Positions 60,117-64,000 of a stretch of DNA of 64,000 nucleotides are shown here, one piece after another. Position 1 is the stretch's first letter. Every line of letters begins with the position of its first letter. Under the pieces are notes generated by a model that did not search any database, was not told the DNA's origin, and worked only from the letters and a program-made list of their open reading frames with translations. The stretch comes from a virus. The position numbers and the translations under genes were made by a program. The stretch is from positions 32,001-96,000 of IMG/VR virus record IMGVR_UViG_3300044729_002678, one strand, 5' to 3'.

Positions 60117-62462
60117 TTAATAGAATAAACCTAAAATTTGATTAATCGGAGCGAAAACTCCAGTAAGTTTCAGAGTATTGCCTTTATATACAAAAACAAT
60201 TCCTTCTTTTGGAACAATTTTATTTACACCACCAATCGCTTCTAATCTTTCTAATTCCATTTTAAGCTTAGCAACTTTCTTAGGGTCTCCACCCGTTTTA
60301 ACATCTTTAATAGTTTGGTCTAATCTCGTTTTAATACTACGAATTGCTTCATCGGGATTTACAGTTAGTACTGAACTCATAAATGATAATACCTCAGAAC
60401 CAACACCCAAAAATATATCCTCAAATGGTCGAATATTATCTTTTGATATTTTTTGGTGGTCGTTTTTATCCACACCCAATGCCCATTGTAATACTTTTTC
60501 CGATTTAATTGTTTTGTTACTTAATCCAAAACCTTTATTAAAGAATGCCCACCTTCTTATTAATCCGTCTTTTGTTTCTTTATCTAACTTTTCAGGTGAA
60601 TTTTTTTCTATGTAATCATCCCACCAAGCCTGATGATACTCTGCCATACCATAGCTATCTTTTAACCCAAATTTAGATTGTAATTTTTGCAACATCCCCA
60701 AAAACTTTGGTTGTAATTGTTTTAAGCTTTCCTCTTTTGGTAATTGAGTAACGGGTGGTCCTTGTATGGTATATTTGTCTTGAACATGCTGATTTACTTG
60801 TTTAATCATCCCAGCTAATACGGTAGCATCAGATTGCTCTGCTCCAATTGCCACACCACTATCATCGTATTCAGTTGTGTTATGAAATACTAATAGAGCC
60901 TGACCATAAGGTATTACATTTACGGAGGTTGGATAAATAACCTCTAAGTTCATAAATTTCTTACCCTGCTTAAATATTTTGTCCCGTTGTGCTTTGGATA
61001 AACTACCCATTGCTTTTTCTAAATCTTTCATAGCAAAGTTGTAAGCATCAGTTAATCCACCTCTACCAGCAAATTTAGTAGCAACATCCTTTATGGACAT
61101 TGCGTTTTCACCACTATTTGCTAAATGCCCTTTATTTCTTGCAGCAATTAATCCCCTATCATCTCTCCAGCTAATAGCAAGTGCTTGGCCATCTGTTTTT
61201 TCTCGAGTCAGTTCAAGTTCACCATTTAGGGCTTTTGTTATTATGTTTTTTAAATCACCAAAAGTTAAATTTAATTCATTATCAAATGGATGATTCATAT
61301 GACCGTATGCACCACCTTCGGTTAAAAAGTTGGAAAACCTTTTACCAATAGTTTCCAATAATTTATATTGTTTTTTATCTAATATTTCTAGTTTTTTACC
61401 AAGTACCCACTCAACAACCTCATAACCCATTCCTCTATATACTTCTTTTAAATCAACATCTTCTAATCCAGTTATTTCAACCTCCGGCGCATTTTGGGTA
61501 GTATCTAACGGAGATGTTGCCAGGTCAGCAGTTAAATAATCTTCGGTTTCAGGAATATCCAACAAATCATCCATTGTGAATACCTTTCTCCTACTTACAT
61601 ATTGATAAAAATCACCAGTACCTTTTGCACTTTTTCTAACCATTACATCTGCTTTTGGAAAATGCATTTGGGTATATCCACCATTTACAAACCAATAATC
61701 ATTTTTTTGTGCACCTTTTCCTAGTCCTAATATTCTTTCTTTATTATCTGGAACATAAATTGCATCAGGTTCTCCTGCATCCGCACCATATCCGCCACCT
61801 AATGTCGATTCAATTAGGGGAACTATATTATAATTTTGTAAAAAATTGGTTACTATTTCGTTTACACCACCCAACCTTTTAGAAATCATATTAAATATTT
61901 CCTGATTCCATTGTGGGTATGCTTTCTTAAAACCGGCTTTCTTTTGTGAATCGCTCCCCTTCGATAACCAATTACGAACATCAGTTCCACTTATTGGATT
62001 CTTTTGAGAAGGTGATACATACACATACCCATGGTCTTTATAACCAAATGCGGGTTTGAAACCATCGCCCGAATGAAATTTCTTAAAATACTTTCCACCA
62101 AGTCTTGCAGCGTCTTTCTCACCAACAACAGTTACAAATGCGGTTGTTTCATCTGAAAACTTTTTTAGTATTTCCGTTGGATTATATGGATTTTTTACTT
62201 GAACAATTTTGTTGGGTGGAACACCAAACATTGTGGTCATTATTTTTTTCTTCTCCAAAAAATTGAAAGGGTCTTTTGGTCCACCACTTTTGTTGGATGT
62301 CCCAATGAATACATTTTCTTTACCGAATTTTGATACTAAATGCGCATATGTTGCGTAATGCCCTTTATGAAATGGTTGAAATCTACCCGCGTAAACTACA
62401 ACAGTCTTATTTACTTCTTCGGTTAATACAGATTTAACCCATTCTTTTATTAAATTTCCCAT
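60117..62462 (-). CDS. HxGH nucleotidyltransferase fused to a ligase-like (KxDG) domain
   Basis: YAGRFQPFHKGH, ISGT.VR; C-terminal EKTDG, NLEVI, LVFH, EGIVF, LKLTG. Confidence 0.7.
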   Translation of the reverse strand: MGNLIKEWVKSVLTEEVNKTVVVYAGRFQPFHKGHYATYAHLVSKFGKENVFIGTSNKSGGPKDPFNFLEKKKIMTTMFGVPPNKIVQVKNPYNPTEILKKFSDETTAFVTVVGEKDAARLGGKYFKKFHSGDGFKPAFGYKDHGYVYVSPSQKNPISGTDVRNWLSKGSDSQKKAGFKKAYPQWNQEIFNMISKRLGGVNEIVTNFLQNYNIVPLIESTLGGGYGADAGEPDAIYVPDNKERILGLGKGAQKNDYWFVNGGYTQMHFPKADVMVRKSAKGTGDFYQYVSRRKVFTMDDLLDIPETEDYLTADLATSPLDTTQNAPEVEITGLEDVDLKEVYRGMGYEVVEWVLGKKLEILDKKQYKLLETIGKRFSNFLTEGGAYGHMNHPFDNELNLTFGDLKNIITKALNGELELTREKTDGQALAISWRDDRGLIAARNKGHLANSGENAMSIKDVATKFAGRGGLTDAYNFAMKDLEKAMGSLSKAQRDKIFKQGKKFMNLEVIYPTSVNVIPYGQALLVFHNTTEYDDSGVAIGAEQSDATVLAGMIKQVNQHVQDKYTIQGPPVTQLPKEESLKQLQPKFLGMLQKLQSKFGLKDSYGMAEYHQAWWDDYIEKNSPEKLDKETKDGLIRRWAFFNKGFGLSNKTIKSEKVLQWALGVDKNDHQKISKDNIRPFEDIFLGVGSEVLSFMSSVLTVNPDEAIRSIKTRLDQTIKDVKTGGDPKKVAKLKMELERLEAIGGVNKIVPKEGIVFVYKGNTLKLTGVFAPINQILGLFY

Positions 62463-62495
62463 ATGAATATAAATATAAGATTATTGATTAATCAA

Positions 62496-63998
62496 TTATG
62501 ATGTATATGATGATGAATAATATGGTAAAAATATTATAACATCTGCTAGCCCAGAACCACCCGAATAATCATTTTTTAATTTAATTTGTAGATATCCATC
62601 TGGGTCGGCCAAAATACCCACAACATCAAGCTCACTTCTATTTGGATTTCTAATTATCGGAATATCACCATTCGTCCAATCGGTTTTATTTTGGTCGTTC
62701 AAAGTTTCTGGTACTGGTGGGGTTGTTCCTCCCCAAATAGTACCTGTTAAATCTAATCCCAATCGATCATATTCGGTTTCAGTAATAACATCCGAAATAT
62801 TTGTTGATAATGTGTATGCGCTGTTTGCAGTAGTAGTTGTTGTTACTAAGCTACTACTTACTGATGTCAATGTAGAATTAGTTGTTACTAAACTACTACT
62901 CACCGATGTCAATTCGGAGTTAGTTGTTATTAAACTACTACTCACATCAATAACAATATCACTTAAAGATGATAAAGATTGGCTTAATTCGGTGATATCA
63001 CCGCCACCAGTTGATTGAGCATTATATCCTTGAAAATAATGGTTATATAATACCGACTCGTAGTTTGCAAAATCGTTTAGAGAATTTAAATATTCAACCT
63101 TTATATCATTTGCAGTATTTTTATTTGGTGGGTTAAAAATAAATGTATAAGTTGATTCGGTTAAATTTGTTTTTGTATCAGAATAGATATCTGTCAAAGA
63201 ACCTGTTATAGGTTCGTTTATTAATTTTGTTCCAATTAACTGATACTCGGTTGTAGCATCCCCCGTTGCTTTTGATTTAATATAAACATTTATTTTATCA
63301 ATATTACCTACAAGTGGATTTATATTCTTTACTGTGATATGTGCTAGTGATTGAGAAAATGTGGTAGCAGAACCAGTATTAATAGTTTCTAAAATAAAAC
63401 TACCCGTAGAAAATGCGGTAAATGTTTTTTGTAATGATTCGGTTTTAGTTATTACCGATGCCGTCAATGGTCTATCAACCCTAAATTTTCTGCTTGTTAA
63501 AAAAGATTGTATGGATGCAGTATAACTTAATGGTTTTAACATACCAGCACTTATTTCTGCTGATGTAAGTTGTGGTGTTAATGAAACATTTTGTAAATTA
63601 ATTTTTATTTGACCACCAACCGAATTTTGATTTAATTGATATGATGGTGTTTCTAAAAAAACATTTTGACCTGAAAAATCAGATGAGTAAACAATAGTTT
63701 GATTGATAGATTGTGTTACTAATTGTAATGAAGTTTCTGCTGGTATTTCTTTATAAAACGATAGTGATTCAGATACAGTTATAGTTGGCGCTGCATTCTG
63801 ATTAAAGAAAACAATTGGAGATTCGGTTCTAACATCCCTACTTATAGAAAATCGTCTACGCCACCTAACATTTAAAACATTTTTAAATTCTTCTGGTATA
63901 TCTCCACCAACAGCCGTTCTTTCGGCTATTCCACACAATATAATTTCACCAACACCATTTGGGGTGTTGTAGGAATCATCTCTTTCACCATAAACCCA
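62496..63998 (-). CDS. Large structural protein, 5' end outside the window
   Basis: Frame stays open to the window edge; SSSL.T coiled-coil repeats. Confidence 0.65.
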   Translation of the reverse strand, partial: WVYGERDDSYNTPNGVGEIILCGIAERTAVGGDIPEEFKNVLNVRWRRRFSISRDVRTESPIVFFNQNAAPTITVSESLSFYKEIPAETSLQLVTQSINQTIVYSSDFSGQNVFLETPSYQLNQNSVGGQIKINLQNVSLTPQLTSAEISAGMLKPLSYTASIQSFLTSRKFRVDRPLTASVITKTESLQKTFTAFSTGSFILETINTGSATTFSQSLAHITVKNINPLVGNIDKINVYIKSKATGDATTEYQLIGTKLINEPITGSLTDIYSDTKTNLTESTYTFIFNPPNKNTANDIKVEYLNSLNDFANYESVLYNHYFQGYNAQSTGGGDITELSQSLSSLSDIVIDVSSSLITTNSELTSVSSSLVTTNSTLTSVSSSLVTTTTTANSAYTLSTNISDVITETEYDRLGLDLTGTIWGGTTPPVPETLNDQNKTDWTNGDIPIIRNPNRSELDVVGILADPDGYLQIKLKNDYSGGSGLADVIIFLPYYSSSYTS

Positions 63999-64000
63999 AG

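Noticed and set aside
5534-62475. Reading the plus-strand TATAAATA copies as canonical T4 late promoters firing rightwards
   Set aside because: No plus-strand genes follow them, and their position is tied to minus-strand starts; antisense transcription cannot be fully excluded
3822-63018. Many plus-strand ORFs, e.g. 39002-39835, 34698-35315, 51270-51863
   Set aside because: They are antisense shadows of well-supported minus-strand genes, caused by codon bias in Thr/Gly/Ser- or Glu-rich proteins, and show no recognisable motifs
1-64000. Stop-codon recoding, introns or inteins
   Set aside because: Standard code gives full-length, densely packed genes; terminase, RecA, portal and capsid appear uninterrupted
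1-64000. tRNA or rRNA genes
   Set aside because: No cloverleaf with T-loop and D-loop signatures seen in the short intergenic gaps

Overview
A 64-kb segment of a large, AT-rich, T4-like myophage genome. Every credible gene is on the minus strand. In transcription order (right to left) it holds: a cluster of probable internal head proteins, including an HxGH nucleotidyltransferase/ligase-fold fusion; terminase, portal and prohead protease; modular head proteins; a phage-encoded ribosomal protein bS21; scaffold, major capsid and PhoH; about 20 kb of Ser/Thr/Gly-rich fibre genes; neck, tail sheath, tube, assembly chaperone (with a likely frameshift), tape measure and baseplate genes; and the start of a replication module (PolA-family polymerase, gp32-like SSB, RecA/UvsX, 5'-3' exonuclease, helicase). 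The replication-gene promoters match the Bacteroidota TTTG-N19-21-TAnnTTTG pattern, which points to a Bacteroidota host. Late genes are preceded by TATTTAT(A/T). The most interesting candidates are: (1) a bS21/Shine-Dalgarno translational switch; (2) protease-cleavable polyprotein capsid cargo whose module junctions share an identical 17-nt sequence; (3) a three-way-junction leader RNA whose loop can pair with the downstream ribosome-binding region; (4) the nucleotidyltransferase-ligase fusion. All product calls come from motif recognition and gene order; no searches were run.
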